From the sequence record OR880646.1: 64,000 nt of DNA. One strand, given 5' to 3'. Shown one piece after another: positions 10,239-18,924 of this stretch. The DNA comes from Escherichia phage ECP2301. How positions within the stretch are numbered: the stretch's first letter is position 1; each line of letters opens with the position of its first letter. The notes beneath the pieces were generated by a model. That model worked only from the letters and a program-made list of their open reading frames with translations, had not been told where the DNA came from and did no database searches. Made by a program: the position numbers and the translations under genes.

Positions 10239-10985
10239 TTATCCTCGGATAAGTTTAAAAATTGAACAATTTAGCGGATATCCTCTTTTTAGTTTAAGTT
10301 TATCAATAAAAGACAAGTTTTGATACCGCTCTACACCTTGAATAATTTTATCACACATATCATATTGCATTTCTGCTTCTGACAACTTTTTCACAGTTTT
10401 CCAATCAGAGCCTTTAAGAAGAACGTTCAATTTAACAACTTCAGTTCCTTCTGCTATACGAGAACCATCAATACGAGCTTTGAGTGCTACAATCGTTAGC
10501 TTAATATCAGAAGTTTGTTTTGATTTAGAAAGCTGAGAAATGTGCTCAATTCGGTTTTCACGTTTTTTCTGTATAGCTTTAATTTGATTATAAGTCTTTT
10601 TGATTTTAGCCCATTTCTTTTCATCTAAATTTAGTTTATGAACTTTTTTCGCAGATGAACGACCAATTCGCAAAGCAAATAAATCACGCTTTTCAATCAA
10701 CTCTTCTAAAGTATAATCAGAACGAAATGTATTATACTTTTTCTTTACTGCAATAACATTCCCTTTAATGTATCCAACGTTATTATCAAAACGTTCTAAT
10801 GATAATTTCTCTCCTTCAATACGATTATCAAAAGGTTCTCCCGAGTAAGCGCAAACTTTCTGATCTAAAATGTTCTTAATGTAATTGAAGTCTAAGTTAA
10901 AATCTTTAGAACGTCTTTTAGCAGATGCCTGAGTATGCTCTAGACGACGTTTAATTTTACGAATTTGATTATTAGTCAGTTTCAT
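10239..10985 (-). CDS. srd: basic hypothetical protein, 248 aa (T4 srd position)
   Basis: Size and position between dda and the mod genes; assigned by synteny only. Confidence 0.45.
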   Translation of the reverse strand: MKLTNNQIRKIKRRLEHTQASAKRRSKDFNLDFNYIKNILDQKVCAYSGEPFDNRIEGEKLSLERFDNNVGYIKGNVIAVKKKYNTFRSDYTLEELIEKRDLFALRIGRSSAKKVHKLNLDEKKWAKIKKTYNQIKAIQKKRENRIEHISQLSKSKQTSDIKLTIVALKARIDGSRIAEGTEVVKLNVLLKGSDWKTVKKLSEAEMQYDMCDKIIQGVERYQNLSFIDKLKLKRGYPLNCSIFKLIRG

Positions 10986-11015
10986 ATTTTTCTCACGGAC
11001 GGGTTAACTACTTAT

Positions 11016-11045
11016 ACTATAACATTTTTACTTCAGCTTGTAAAC
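11016..11045 (-). promoter_or_regulatory. early promoter upstream of srd (-35 GTTTAC, -10 TATAGT)
   Basis: Motif spacing 18 bp. Confidence 0.45.
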
Positions 11046-11101
11046 AACTTTATGAAAAATGCTTTAAAACTTTCATGGTATAATGAATCTAAGTCCTTCC
11101 A

Positions 11102-11704
11102 TTATAGATTAAATCCTTCAAAATCAAGAGTATAGATAGTGTATGTTGAATACTTTTTATACTCATATCTATCCGCAATTCTAAATACACTTCCAGCTGG
11201 TATCATTACTTCTTGTTCATCTGAAACTAATTCCATATTACGATAACGATGGCTATCCGGAAATTTAAAACTCGGGCTATATTCTTTACAACGTAGAGCT
11301 TTTATAGCATACTCCTGGAAATTAAACACCATAGGAGCTTTGAATTCAAAAATAACTTGTGTGTTGTATTCTAATCCAGAAGCAAAATGTAGAGCTATAT
11401 TTTTATCATATGAAGCTGATACTACTTTATCAAATGTAATAATATCAATTCCTTGATTTAACACCTGCTTAGTCTCAACTGGAACACCTCTCCAAAGAGG
11501 TTTATCGTTTGGAACCAAACGAGATTTGATTATTTCATTTAACCAAGAATGATCGTCTGGCTTATTAGTAATACAATGAATTAAAAGTTCAATTTCGGAT
11601 AAATTAAATCCTTCAGAAAGTAATTCTTCACGAATAGAAGCACGCACAGATGCATCCATTGATTTGATTTTAAAATCTTTTAATTGCATTGCTGAATATT
11701 TCAT
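11102..11704 (-). CDS. modA: ADP-ribosyltransferase, 200 aa (ModA-like)
   Basis: Paralog of adjacent ORF; Ser-rich and E(Q)EVMIP motifs typical of ARTs; 200 aa as T4 ModA. Confidence 0.6.
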   Translation of the reverse strand: MKYSAMQLKDFKIKSMDASVRASIREELLSEGFNLSEIELLIHCITNKPDDHSWLNEIIKSRLVPNDKPLWRGVPVETKQVLNQGIDIITFDKVVSASYDKNIALHFASGLEYNTQVIFEFKAPMVFNFQEYAIKALRCKEYSPSFKFPDSHRYRNMELVSDEQEVMIPAGSVFRIADRYEYKKYSTYTIYTLDFEGFNL

Positions 11705-12336
11705 TCAACTACCTCAATATCATACACTTTAAATGTTCCAAATGAATCGTGTAATTTTTCTTTTGAAATAGAAGTTATTTTATACTTTCCAATTGGAATC
11801 ATCCATTCTTGTTCACGTACAATCATCATTAAGTTATCAGTACGTTCTGAATCTAATCCATCAGTATCTTCATATGTATACTTAAACTCAGTATTAGGAG
11901 AAGAAAGTATAATATCGCTGATATGGTCAGAATAATTAAAAGCTTTATCAGTTTTTAAGCGAAATATTATTTCAGTGGAATATTCAACATAAGAAAAACC
12001 ACATGCTGTGTGCAAACTAGTAGTAAATGAATCTACTCTGTTCGTTGAAAACACTTCTCCGACTTGTAAATCTTTAATGAGTTCTTTTGTCGATTTTGAT
12101 ATACCACGATATAGCTGATAAGGTGATTTAGTTAAATGCTTTTTAACGATTTTATTCAACTGCTGATGAAGAGCTTCATTCTTTTTGGCTTCCATACATT
12201 GCCAAAGAATTGACTGTTCAAAGTCAGTAAATTTTTCACAGACCTTTTTATACATATCATATTGAAAATCAACACTTTCAGCTTTTATAGATAACTGTTC
12301 AACATCTGCAAGATTAATAATCATGATAGCCTCCAT
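11701..12336 (-). CDS. modB: ADP-ribosyltransferase, 211 aa (ModB-like)
   Basis: Paralog of 11102..11704 (EQEWMIPIGKYKI vs EQEVMIPAGSVFRI). Confidence 0.55.
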   Translation of the reverse strand: MEAIMIINLADVEQLSIKAESVDFQYDMYKKVCEKFTDFEQSILWQCMEAKKNEALHQQLNKIVKKHLTKSPYQLYRGISKSTKELIKDLQVGEVFSTNRVDSFTTSLHTACGFSYVEYSTEIIFRLKTDKAFNYSDHISDIILSSPNTEFKYTYEDTDGLDSERTDNLMMIVREQEWMIPIGKYKITSISKEKLHDSFGTFKVYDIEVVE

Positions 12337-12391
12337 ATACTTCAGAAGCTATCATATCATCGTCAGAAAGGAAAGTAAACAACTTTTTGAA

Positions 12392-12574
12392 TTATTTTGC
12401 CCAGGGAGCCCAGGGCGGAGGGTCAAGATGGTATGAAGCTAGTTCTTCTAGAAGAGCATCTGGGGCTTCAATTCCATAATTCTGTAATACTATACGGTAC
12501 TCTTTCTTATAATCACTAGAATCATTCTGGATATTCGTAGAATGATTATCTTCTAACATCTCAAATAAATCCAT
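12392..12574 (-). CDS. hypothetical protein, 60 aa
   Basis: ORF, ATG start. Confidence 0.35.
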   Translation of the reverse strand: MDLFEMLEDNHSTNIQNDSSDYKKEYRIVLQNYGIEAPDALLEELASYHLDPPPWAPWAK

Positions 12575-12582
12575 ATTAATTC

Positions 12583-13053
12583 CTAGCGATAAAAACCAAA
12601 TTGACGATTAGCTTCAATAATCTTTCTTTCTTCTTCGGACATTCTCCAGCGTAGTCCAACATCAAAATGAGCCCAGACCATCTTAACAAATGCATTTATA
12701 TCTTTAATATCTTCAATAATGAATGTTTTACTTTTAGAAGGTTGACTAGCTAATTTAACTTTATCGTCTTCAAACAGGTCAAAAAGACCATATTCATGAG
12801 CTCTTTTATAGCCTTTAATAGTTAAAGCTTCAGAAGAAGAAAACGGTGAATCAGTATTCTGCAAAATATCTTCAGTATGCTTTATAATTAGAATAACATT
12901 TTCTGGATATTTTCTTTCTTTTATATCTTTAATTAAAATATCCGGATTTTCTGCTAAAGGAATAATTAATGAGCACTCTTTATCAAGTGTATTTACTGAT
13001 TTACCTTCTTTAGACATAAATTCTATTGAATAATGTTTTGCTACTTCAATCAT
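12583..13053 (-). CDS. hypothetical protein, 156 aa
   Basis: ORF, ATG start. Confidence 0.45.
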   Translation of the reverse strand: MIEVAKHYSIEFMSKEGKSVNTLDKECSLIIPLAENPDILIKDIKERKYPENVILIIKHTEDILQNTDSPFSSSEALTIKGYKRAHEYGLFDLFEDDKVKLASQPSKSKTFIIEDIKDINAFVKMVWAHFDVGLRWRMSEEERKIIEANRQFGFYR

Positions 13054-13206
13054 GTGATTTCCTTTTGCCTACTAATGGACCGTCAGGAATTTTGTTTTCC
13101 TGGATATATTTCTCATTTTCTTCCATCATTTTACTGCCAATTTTAAGAAGCAAATCCATTGCTTCATTTGCTTTAGCTTTAGCCTCTTCTAACGTTATAT
13201 CTTTGT

Positions 13207-13410
13207 TCACGATTTATCCCCATAGATGTCTCTCATTAATTTAAGCGCTGAGCGTTCTAATTTCTTTTCTTTCTCAGCACTAATCATTGATTTCATCCAT
13301 TCTTCTGATTCGTTCTGCATTTCTTTATTTGCCTGTTCAACCCAACCATCATCAATATACATTGAGTTTGGTCTACTGAACCATTCAAGCATTTTCTTCA
13401 GAACTTTCAT
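13207..13410 (-). CDS. hypothetical protein, 67 aa
   Basis: ORF, ATG start. Confidence 0.4.
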   Translation of the reverse strand: MKVLKKMLEWFSRPNSMYIDDGWVEQANKEMQNESEEWMKSMISAEKEKKLERSALKLMRDIYGDKS

Positions 13411-13870
13411 TTGTTTTACCTAAAACAATAGTAGGAGCATCGTCAAATTCATGAATTTTTAGCAAATTTGGATGTAAACTATTCCACACAGAAGAAATAA
13501 AGTATGATAAAGCATCTTCACTTACAATTATAAATTTATTTCCTTTATCTATTTTCCAACTATATACTGAGTCATACGAATAGAAAGATAAAGGATTATC
13601 ATTATATTGTTCTGCGCTAACATTAATGTATTCTGATTTAGTAAATGCTTCAATTGCTCTAAACGGAATATTTGGTACAGTTTCAATAATACCAATCTTT
13701 TTAAGTTTTATTTCAGCATCTTCTGGAACTGGCATTGAAACGAAATTTTCTACGAGATACATTGGGTCACAATAACCCTTATCAATCATTACCGCTACGG
13801 TAATTGGAACGTCTTTAGCAAACGACAAACTATTACTGCTAATATACATTTCAAACAAAATCGCTTCCAT
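13385..13870 (-). CDS. hypothetical protein, about 161 aa
   Basis: ORF; start moved to internal ATG. Confidence 0.4.
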   Translation of the reverse strand: MEAILFEMYISSNSLSFAKDVPITVAVMIDKGYCDPMYLVENFVSMPVPEDAEIKLKKIGIIETVPNIPFRAIEAFTKSEYINVSAEQYNDNPLSFYSYDSVYSWKIDKGNKFIIVSEDALSYFISSVWNSLHPNLLKIHEFDDAPTIVLGKTNESSEENA

Positions 13871-13878
13871 AATTTTCC

Positions 13879-14217
13879 TCAATCACAAGATGTAGATGAA
13901 CAACTAGAATCACAAGAACTTCCACACGAATCGCCCGTCCACACATGAACAGGAACATTAGTATCATATGAATCAGAACTAGACTGTGTATTCTGCATAT
14001 TAGATGATGTAGGTGTTGACCAGCGCCAAGGATTTTTATAATATTCCTGGGCTTCTTCATAAGTCATAGTAACTGCTTCTACTGTTCCATCTCCCATATA
14101 AACATATTCAACTACAGTTAAAGGAAGGTAGTCATTTGAAATAGGAACTACACCTTCTCCGGGAGTTGTAGAGAAAAAATCCGTAAAGAAACTTTTAAAC
14201 CAATTAAAGATAAACAT
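13879..14217 (-). CDS. hypothetical protein with Ser/Cys-rich C-terminal tail, 112 aa
   Basis: ORF, ATG start; C-terminus [18 protein letters not shown]. Confidence 0.4.
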   Translation of the reverse strand: MFIFNWFKSFFTDFFSTTPGEGVVPISNDYLPLTVVEYVYMGDGTVEAVTMTYEEAQEYYKNPWRWSTPTSSNMQNTQSSSDSYDTNVPVHVWTGDSCGSSCDSSCSSTSCD

Positions 14218-14423
14218 TACAAAAAGCCTCTTTTGAATTCAACTTGCTTCTCGCCATAATCATATCGAATCTCTGCATTAAATTCGACAGAACCATCTGC
14301 GTACATCATAAATGAATGCACAACAACTTCTGTAGACCATGGCTGTAGTTCATATTTCTTCATTACATGCCGTGAAATGATAATATCTAAATCTTCATTT
14401 GGTTTAATCCAGCGATTTAACAT
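14217..14423 (-). CDS. hypothetical protein, 68 aa
   Basis: ORF, ATG start with GAGGAGA SD; early promoter upstream. Confidence 0.45.
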   Translation of the reverse strand: MLNRWIKPNEDLDIIISRHVMKKYELQPWSTEVVVHSFMMYADGSVEFNAEIRYDYGEKQVEFKRGFL

Positions 14424-14449
14424 AGTGCTCTCCTCTATAAGATAATTCT

Positions 14450-14479
14450 ATTATACCATACTCATTTTGGAAAGTAAAC
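14450..14479 (-). promoter_or_regulatory. early promoter (GTTTAC / TATAAT) right after the soc terminator
   Basis: GTTTACtttccaaaatgagtatggTATAAT followed by GAGGAGA SD and ATG at 14423. Confidence 0.6.
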
Positions 14480-14488
14480 CGGTAAAAT

Positions 14489-14513
14489 GAAAAAAGGACT
14501 CCCGAAGGAGTCC
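14489..14513 (-). terminator. intrinsic terminator after soc (7-bp stem, UUCG loop, U6)
   Basis: GGACUCC-UUCG-GGAGUCC followed by UUUUUU on the minus strand. Confidence 0.65.
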
Positions 14514-14519
14514 TTGAAT

Positions 14520-14765
14520 TTATTCACCAGTTACTTTCCACAAATCTTCATTTGCAGTAATCCATTCAGTACGTTGATTTTCTTCATATACTGTAGAATA
14601 TGCTGCTTTTTCTGAAGGGAATGTCTGGTAATGAGCGCCAGAAATTTTGTGAACGTCAGAATAAAGAGGGAAAGCTACAGAAATTTCCTTTCCTTCAATT
14701 TTCTTATTTCCATCTAATTTTTGCTCAAATGTTTTAATATTAACATAACCGCGAGTACTAGCCAT
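14520..14765 (-). CDS. soc: small outer capsid protein Soc, 81 aa
   Basis: Sequence MASTRGYVNIKTFEQKLDGNKKIEGKEISVAFPLYSDVHKISGAHYQTF... matches T4 Soc as I recall it; late promoter upstream, terminator downstream. Confidence 0.92.
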   Translation of the reverse strand: MASTRGYVNIKTFEQKLDGNKKIEGKEISVAFPLYSDVHKISGAHYQTFPSEKAAYSTVYEENQRTEWITANEDLWKVTGE

Positions 14766-14781
14766 GTAATTCTCCTTTTAT

Positions 14782-14991
14782 TTAAATTACATGACTATTT
14801 ATAATAAATTCTTGCGGAACGTTAAAATACCCAATTTTAGTTAATATAACAACATCACCGTTAATAATTACCAGAGAATAATCGGCTGGAGCATTAAACT
14901 TCCAATGGGCTCTAATATTATATCCATCAGAACCAAATGCTCGACTAGCCGGTCTCCCGGCTTTTTGCCATGCATAAAAATCAAATTTCAT
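14782..14991 (-). CDS. hypothetical protein, 69 aa
   Basis: ORF between soc and gene 56. Confidence 0.4.
   Translation of the reverse strand: MKFDFYAWQKAGRPASRAFGSDGYNIRAHWKFNAPADYSLVIINGDVVILTKIGYFNVPQEFIINSHVI
14796..14803 (-). promoter_or_regulatory. late promoter TATAAATA upstream of soc
   Basis: Exact TATAAATA on minus strand about 30 nt upstream of soc ATG. Confidence 0.6.
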
Positions 14992-15188
14992 TTTGAATGC
15001 TCTACAATTAATTTTAAGGCTTCTTCATGCACCTTACCTAATTGTATATGTCCAGTTTTAATTGTGTAAGCTTTGTGGAGCTGATTAGATAAGAGCTCGT
15101 ATGTGAGCTCCTTGTCATAATTTTTAAATAGCTGGTCAATACGTTTCTTGCGGGCTTTCTTAAGCTGGCGTTTATTTAAACGAGCCAT
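14988..15188 (-). CDS. hypothetical basic protein, 66 aa
   Basis: ORF between soc and gene 56. Confidence 0.4.
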   Translation of the reverse strand: MARLNKRQLKKARKKRIDQLFKNYDKELTYELLSNQLHKAYTIKTGHIQLGKVHEEALKLIVEHSK

Positions 15189-15706
15189 TAATAACCTCGG
15201 TCTTGACGAGCGAAGTTTTCAGCATTTTTCAGATAATAAAGTTTAAAGATTTCTTCAGCTGACATTCCAAGAGCAATAAATTTATTCATGAAAAAGTGAA
15301 ATTGATCAATCAATTCAAATTTAATTTCAAGTTGATCTTCAGGAGATAAATCTTGAATTTTCTTGGATTGCATTTCAGAATAACGTTTCTTCCAAGGTTT
15401 CCATACAGCAGAAGCTTCTTTTTCGCCATTACTCATACCACCAAGAGAAGTATATAGCTCGCGAGTTTCGTCTGCGATATAATCGTCTTGGTTTCGCAGC
15501 CAAGCAAGAACTTCTCCTGCAGTTTCAAGTGAATCGGGATGACGATTTGTTTCTGGTTTATCATTAGCCAAACGAATCTGTAAATGCCGCTGCATATCAA
15601 GCATAACCTGCAGTGGGTCAATATTGTGCATAATATTCTCAGCATATGCACGATTTGCTTTATCAACACCTTCGATCAAATGAGCGCATTCATTAAAGTA
15701 AGCCAT
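15188..15706 (-). CDS. 56: dCTP pyrophosphatase (MazG-like), about 172 aa
   Basis: Track ORF is N-terminally extended; ATG at 15706 (MAYFNECAHLIEG...) has AAGGAAA SD and gives a T4 gp56-like length. Confidence 0.8.
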   Translation of the reverse strand: MAYFNECAHLIEGVDKANRAYAENIMHNIDPLQVMLDMQRHLQIRLANDKPETNRHPDSLETAGEVLAWLRNQDDYIADETRELYTSLGGMSNGEKEASAVWKPWKKRYSEMQSKKIQDLSPEDQLEIKFELIDQFHFFMNKFIALGMSAEEIFKLYYLKNAENFARQDRGY

Positions 15707-15777
15707 TATTTTTCCTTTCAATTCATGGGTTAGTAGATTAATTATACAATAAATATATAAAGCAATAAGGAGGATAT

Positions 15778-15978
15778 ATGGTACAAAAATTAATGGCACT
15801 TGTTAATGCCATAAAAGGTAATAAAAAACGTATAGCTTTTACTATTTCTGCTATGGTAGGAATTTTACTCTGGAATTTTGTTTTATCACCAATTGCTATT
15901 GCTCATGGTGTTAATATTCCAGTAATTACTCTTGATACATTCGTAGATTTAGCATTTGCTTTAGTTGGGTTAATTTAA
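15778..15978 (+). CDS. small hydrophobic protein, 66 aa (plus strand)
   Basis: ATG preceded by strong SD (AAGGAGGATAT); two predicted TM helices; sits in the gp56-gp61 intergenic interval. Confidence 0.4.
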   Translation: MVQKLMALVNAIKGNKKRIAFTISAMVGILLWNFVLSPIAIAHGVNIPVITLDTFVDLAFALVGLI

Positions 15979-17003
15979 ATCTTAGCATATTTAGATAGCC
16001 GCATTTTAGCCATCAACCCTTGGGCAATATTATTTTTCATATATTCCATAATTTGTTTAGGGGTTGCACCTTCCTTTCTAATCATATCATTAACATCTTT
16101 TGATTTCCAGGGAGATTTGTCCCAAAACATAACCCTTTCTCCTGCATCAACTAATTTAGTCATTCGTTTAATAGTGTCAGGGTGACGAGGTTCATTATCT
16201 AAAACCCACACACGTCTATCTTTAAATGGAACAATTTCTAGGTCTAATTGACCGCCCGTAATAGCTATACCATTTTCAATAAAAAGTGAATCTATAGGTC
16301 CTTCTAGAACATATACATCGCCATCTTTGACTCGTTCAACTCCATAGATTTTTGTTGCCTCAGGATAAGCTTTGATAGTGATATATTTTTGAGGAGCATC
16401 TTTCTTTAATGCACGTCCTTGAAAAGACTCAGCTTTTCCATTAGCATTATAAATTGGAATAACAAGACGAGGCTCAGGTATTTCCTTTTTATATGTTCCT
16501 GGCGCTATACTATTAACTAATTTAGGCCATTCGGTTGTAAACCAAAGATATTTCCATTTATCCTTTGGAATACAACGAGCTTTTACATATTTTATAATTG
16601 GATGGTCTTCCGCCAGTTTATCTAATCTAATGCATGACGGAAGAGATTTAATTATTTTCTTCTCAGGTTGTTTAGGAAGTTCTTTAGGTTTTTCTACTGG
16701 ACGACTTTTACCTTTTTCTTTTCTTATTTCAAAGATATACTCACGATATAAATCAGGTTCAAACTCCTTTAAATATATTCCGATTGGTGCATGATAGTTG
16801 CAGTTATAACAATGAATATTTCCTTCATTATTATCGCCATAATACCATCCACGGGCTTTATTTTGATCGGTTTTTGAATCTCCACAAACAGGGCATCTAA
16901 ACCGCAATTTAAAAGTTGAACTATTATTTACTTGTGTGAATTTAGGTAAATGAGCTAATGCACGGTATGCAAACTCATTATCAATCCAAGGTATTGATGA
17001 CAT
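15975..17003 (-). CDS. 61: DNA primase (zinc-binding domain plus TOPRIM), 342 aa
   Basis: CPVCGD...HCYNC zinc-ribbon; 342 aa as T4 gp61; ATG start. Confidence 0.92.
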   Translation of the reverse strand: MSSIPWIDNEFAYRALAHLPKFTQVNNSSTFKLRFRCPVCGDSKTDQNKARGWYYGDNNEGNIHCYNCNYHAPIGIYLKEFEPDLYREYIFEIRKEKGKSRPVEKPKELPKQPEKKIIKSLPSCIRLDKLAEDHPIIKYVKARCIPKDKWKYLWFTTEWPKLVNSIAPGTYKKEIPEPRLVIPIYNANGKAESFQGRALKKDAPQKYITIKAYPEATKIYGVERVKDGDVYVLEGPIDSLFIENGIAITGGQLDLEIVPFKDRRVWVLDNEPRHPDTIKRMTKLVDAGERVMFWDKSPWKSKDVNDMIRKEGATPKQIMEYMKNNIAQGLMAKMRLSKYAKI

Positions 17004-17005
17004 TT

Positions 17006-17170
17006 TTACTCTTCTTTTTCTTTAGATTCCTCTTTTTTCTTTTTAGGAATCTGTTCAGGACCTTTATTTACTACAGCGCCTGACGTTGTTCCAGTGGAGA
17101 TATTTTCAGGATTACCACCTGAATCTCCAGCTACCATATCTTCTTTGATAAATTCTTTATATGTTTTCAT
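17006..17170 (-). CDS. small protein with capsid-targeting-like N-terminus (MKTYKEFIKE), 54 aa
   Basis: Hand-translated, below track cutoff; fills the gap exactly between the 17172..17798 stop and the gp61 start. Confidence 0.35.
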   Translation of the reverse strand: MKTYKEFIKEDMVAGDSGGNPENISTGTTSGAVVNKGPEQIPKKKKEESKEKEE

Positions 17171-17171
17171 A

Positions 17172-17798
17172 TTAACCTCTATTCATAAAAGCATTAAAAA
17201 TTTGGTCATCAATAGAAACATCTACTTTAGACTGTTTTTCTGATGGTAATTCATATCCACATATTACAATTTTGTGATCAATATCAAAATACACAGAAGC
17301 AATATGATTAATGATGTTTTCAGTAAAGTCTAAATCAACATCAATATCTTTTTGACCACAGCCCAAAGGATAAATAATGCGAGTAATTCGATTATCTTTA
17401 ACAAAGATTCCACCGACATACTCTGTGCTGCGTTTAAAGTCTACACGCCGACGAAATGAAAAATATTCAGGCTCTTTATGAGCTCGGCTCATAGGACACA
17501 ACGAGTAACTAGAATAAGAGATGTCAAATCCTACGCCTTCAATATGAGCCAAAGTATCATGATTAAACCAGTTATAATCGTACGCCAAATCCATTAGATT
17601 ATAATATGTAAAAGGCACCGGATTAACGTCATTAGTCACAAGCATGTAATTAGCAACTGCTATAATTTCATTGTTTTTAACGAATACAAACCGTGATTGA
17701 TGCGAATGACCTGGACCTGCGTTTTCACGATTAATGATATAACACTGGGCACCTTTATATTTGTATGTATCTTTGCACTTGTGCATTTGATAGAGCAT
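17172..17798 (-). CDS. hypothetical protein, 208 aa
   Basis: ORF, ATG start. Confidence 0.5.
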   Translation of the reverse strand: MLYQMHKCKDTYKYKGAQCYIINRENAGPGHSHQSRFVFVKNNEIIAVANYMLVTNDVNPVPFTYYNLMDLAYDYNWFNHDTLAHIEGVGFDISYSSYSLCPMSRAHKEPEYFSFRRRVDFKRSTEYVGGIFVKDNRITRIIYPLGCGQKDIDVDLDFTENIINHIASVYFDIDHKIVICGYELPSEKQSKVDVSIDDQIFNAFMNRG

Positions 17799-18091
17799 TA
17801 TTCACCTACAACTTCAGCAATGATATTTTTATTATTAAAGTTTTTATCGCAATACAGAACATAATTATACTGCATTACACCGCCAGACTTAAGTTGTTTT
17901 TGTACCTCAGCTTTCATTTCAGGACGATCACGCTCAACGATATTCATAATATCCGCTTCAATTTGAGTTTCAACCTCAGTCTGATCTGCAGTCATAGACC
18001 ATTCACACAAATCTTTGTCATAACCCGCCATAGCAGGCTGAGCAGTACAAGAAGCCAAAGCAAAAATTGCAGCAAAAACAAATTTTTTCAT
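17798..18091 (-). CDS. sp: periplasmic protein Spackle, 97 aa
   Basis: Signal peptide MKKFVFAAIFALASCTAQPAMA; 97 aa and position in the 61-41 interval as T4 sp. Confidence 0.7.
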   Translation of the reverse strand: MKKFVFAAIFALASCTAQPAMAGYDKDLCEWSMTADQTEVETQIEADIMNIVERDRPEMKAEVQKQLKSGGVMQYNYVLYCDKNFNNKNIIAEVVGE

Positions 18092-18194
18092 GATAATCTC
18101 CTCAGTAGTTTATGTTTATAGTATCTCAATTTTCAACAAAAGTAAACACTAGTAGAAGCAAACAGACAAATTGCAATAATTGGTGATTTCAGTT

Positions 18195-18377
18195 TCATTC
18201 TTCTCCTCCTTCGTGTTGATGAACATATTCTTTTTCAAGTCTAGAGCACAAGTTTTCATATTCAACTAATAAAAATGAATCAAGTGCGTTATTTCTATGC
18301 TGACACCGTTCTTGTAAAGAATCCATCTCTGAACGTTGTTCTTGTGTTAATAATTGATAACCTGATACTTTAGACAT
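18195..18377 (-). CDS. hypothetical protein, 60 aa
   Basis: ORF, ATG start; early promoter upstream. Confidence 0.45.
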   Translation of the reverse strand: MSKVSGYQLLTQEQRSEMDSLQERCQHRNNALDSFLLVEYENLCSRLEKEYVHQHEGGEE

Positions 18378-18406
18378 TTTGTTCTCCGCGATTAGCTGAT
18401 AGAATT

Positions 18407-18436
18407 ACTATAACACAACTCTATCAGCTTGTAAAC
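18407..18436 (-). promoter_or_regulatory. early promoter (GTTTAC / TATAGT)
   Basis: 18-bp spacing; upstream of 18195..18377. Confidence 0.45.
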
Positions 18437-18438
18437 TA

Positions 18439-18720
18439 CTATTTTACTAGCATCAATAACTGTTTCTCTAACTTGGCGATTTTACGAAAGTATCTTTTGC
18501 ACTGACGAATCTGTCGCTTCGTAGGGCGCACAGCAAACTTAATAAATTCCACTCGACCAAATGGAGGGCTTTCTTCTGCCGGAATATCTAATACTAATTC
18601 CCACGTATCTGCAATAAGTGCTTTGAATTGAGTATTTTTCCTGACGTTATATGGAGTAGGTTTAAATAAAACAATATGCATATTATCCTCGGCAATCCAC
18701 TTCGCATACTTTCTTGTCAT
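18439..18720 (-). CDS. hypothetical basic protein, 93 aa
   Basis: ORF; start moved to second codon ATG. Confidence 0.45.
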   Translation of the reverse strand: MTRKYAKWIAEDNMHIVLFKPTPYNVRKNTQFKALIADTWELVLDIPAEESPPFGRVEFIKFAVRPTKRQIRQCKRYFRKIAKLEKQLLMLVK

Positions 18721-18865
18721 CAATGAAAGCTTTAACTAGTGCTTTATTAACTTCAGCATATTGATTAGTAGCCCATTGAACGTCATCTTTCATCATTGTG
18801 ATTTCTTTAGTAAACATGCTTTCGTTCTTAAACCACCCCATAAAAACTACCTTTACCAATTCCAT
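18683..18865 (-). CDS. dmd: Dmd (discriminator of mRNA degradation), 60 aa
   Basis: Sequence MELVKVVFMGWFKNESMFTKEITMMKDDVQW... matches T4 Dmd as I recall it. Confidence 0.8.
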   Translation of the reverse strand: MELVKVVFMGWFKNESMFTKEITMMKDDVQWATNQYAEVNKALVKAFIDDKKVCEVDCRG

Positions 18866-18894
18866 AAAAATCTCCTCATTTAACCAACAAGACT

Positions 18895-18924
18895 ACTATA
18901 CCATAGTCTTGTTGGCTTGTAAAC
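18895..18924 (-). promoter_or_regulatory. early promoter (GTTTAC / TATAGT) upstream of dmd
   Basis: 18-bp spacing; -35 overlaps gene 41 stop. Confidence 0.45.
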
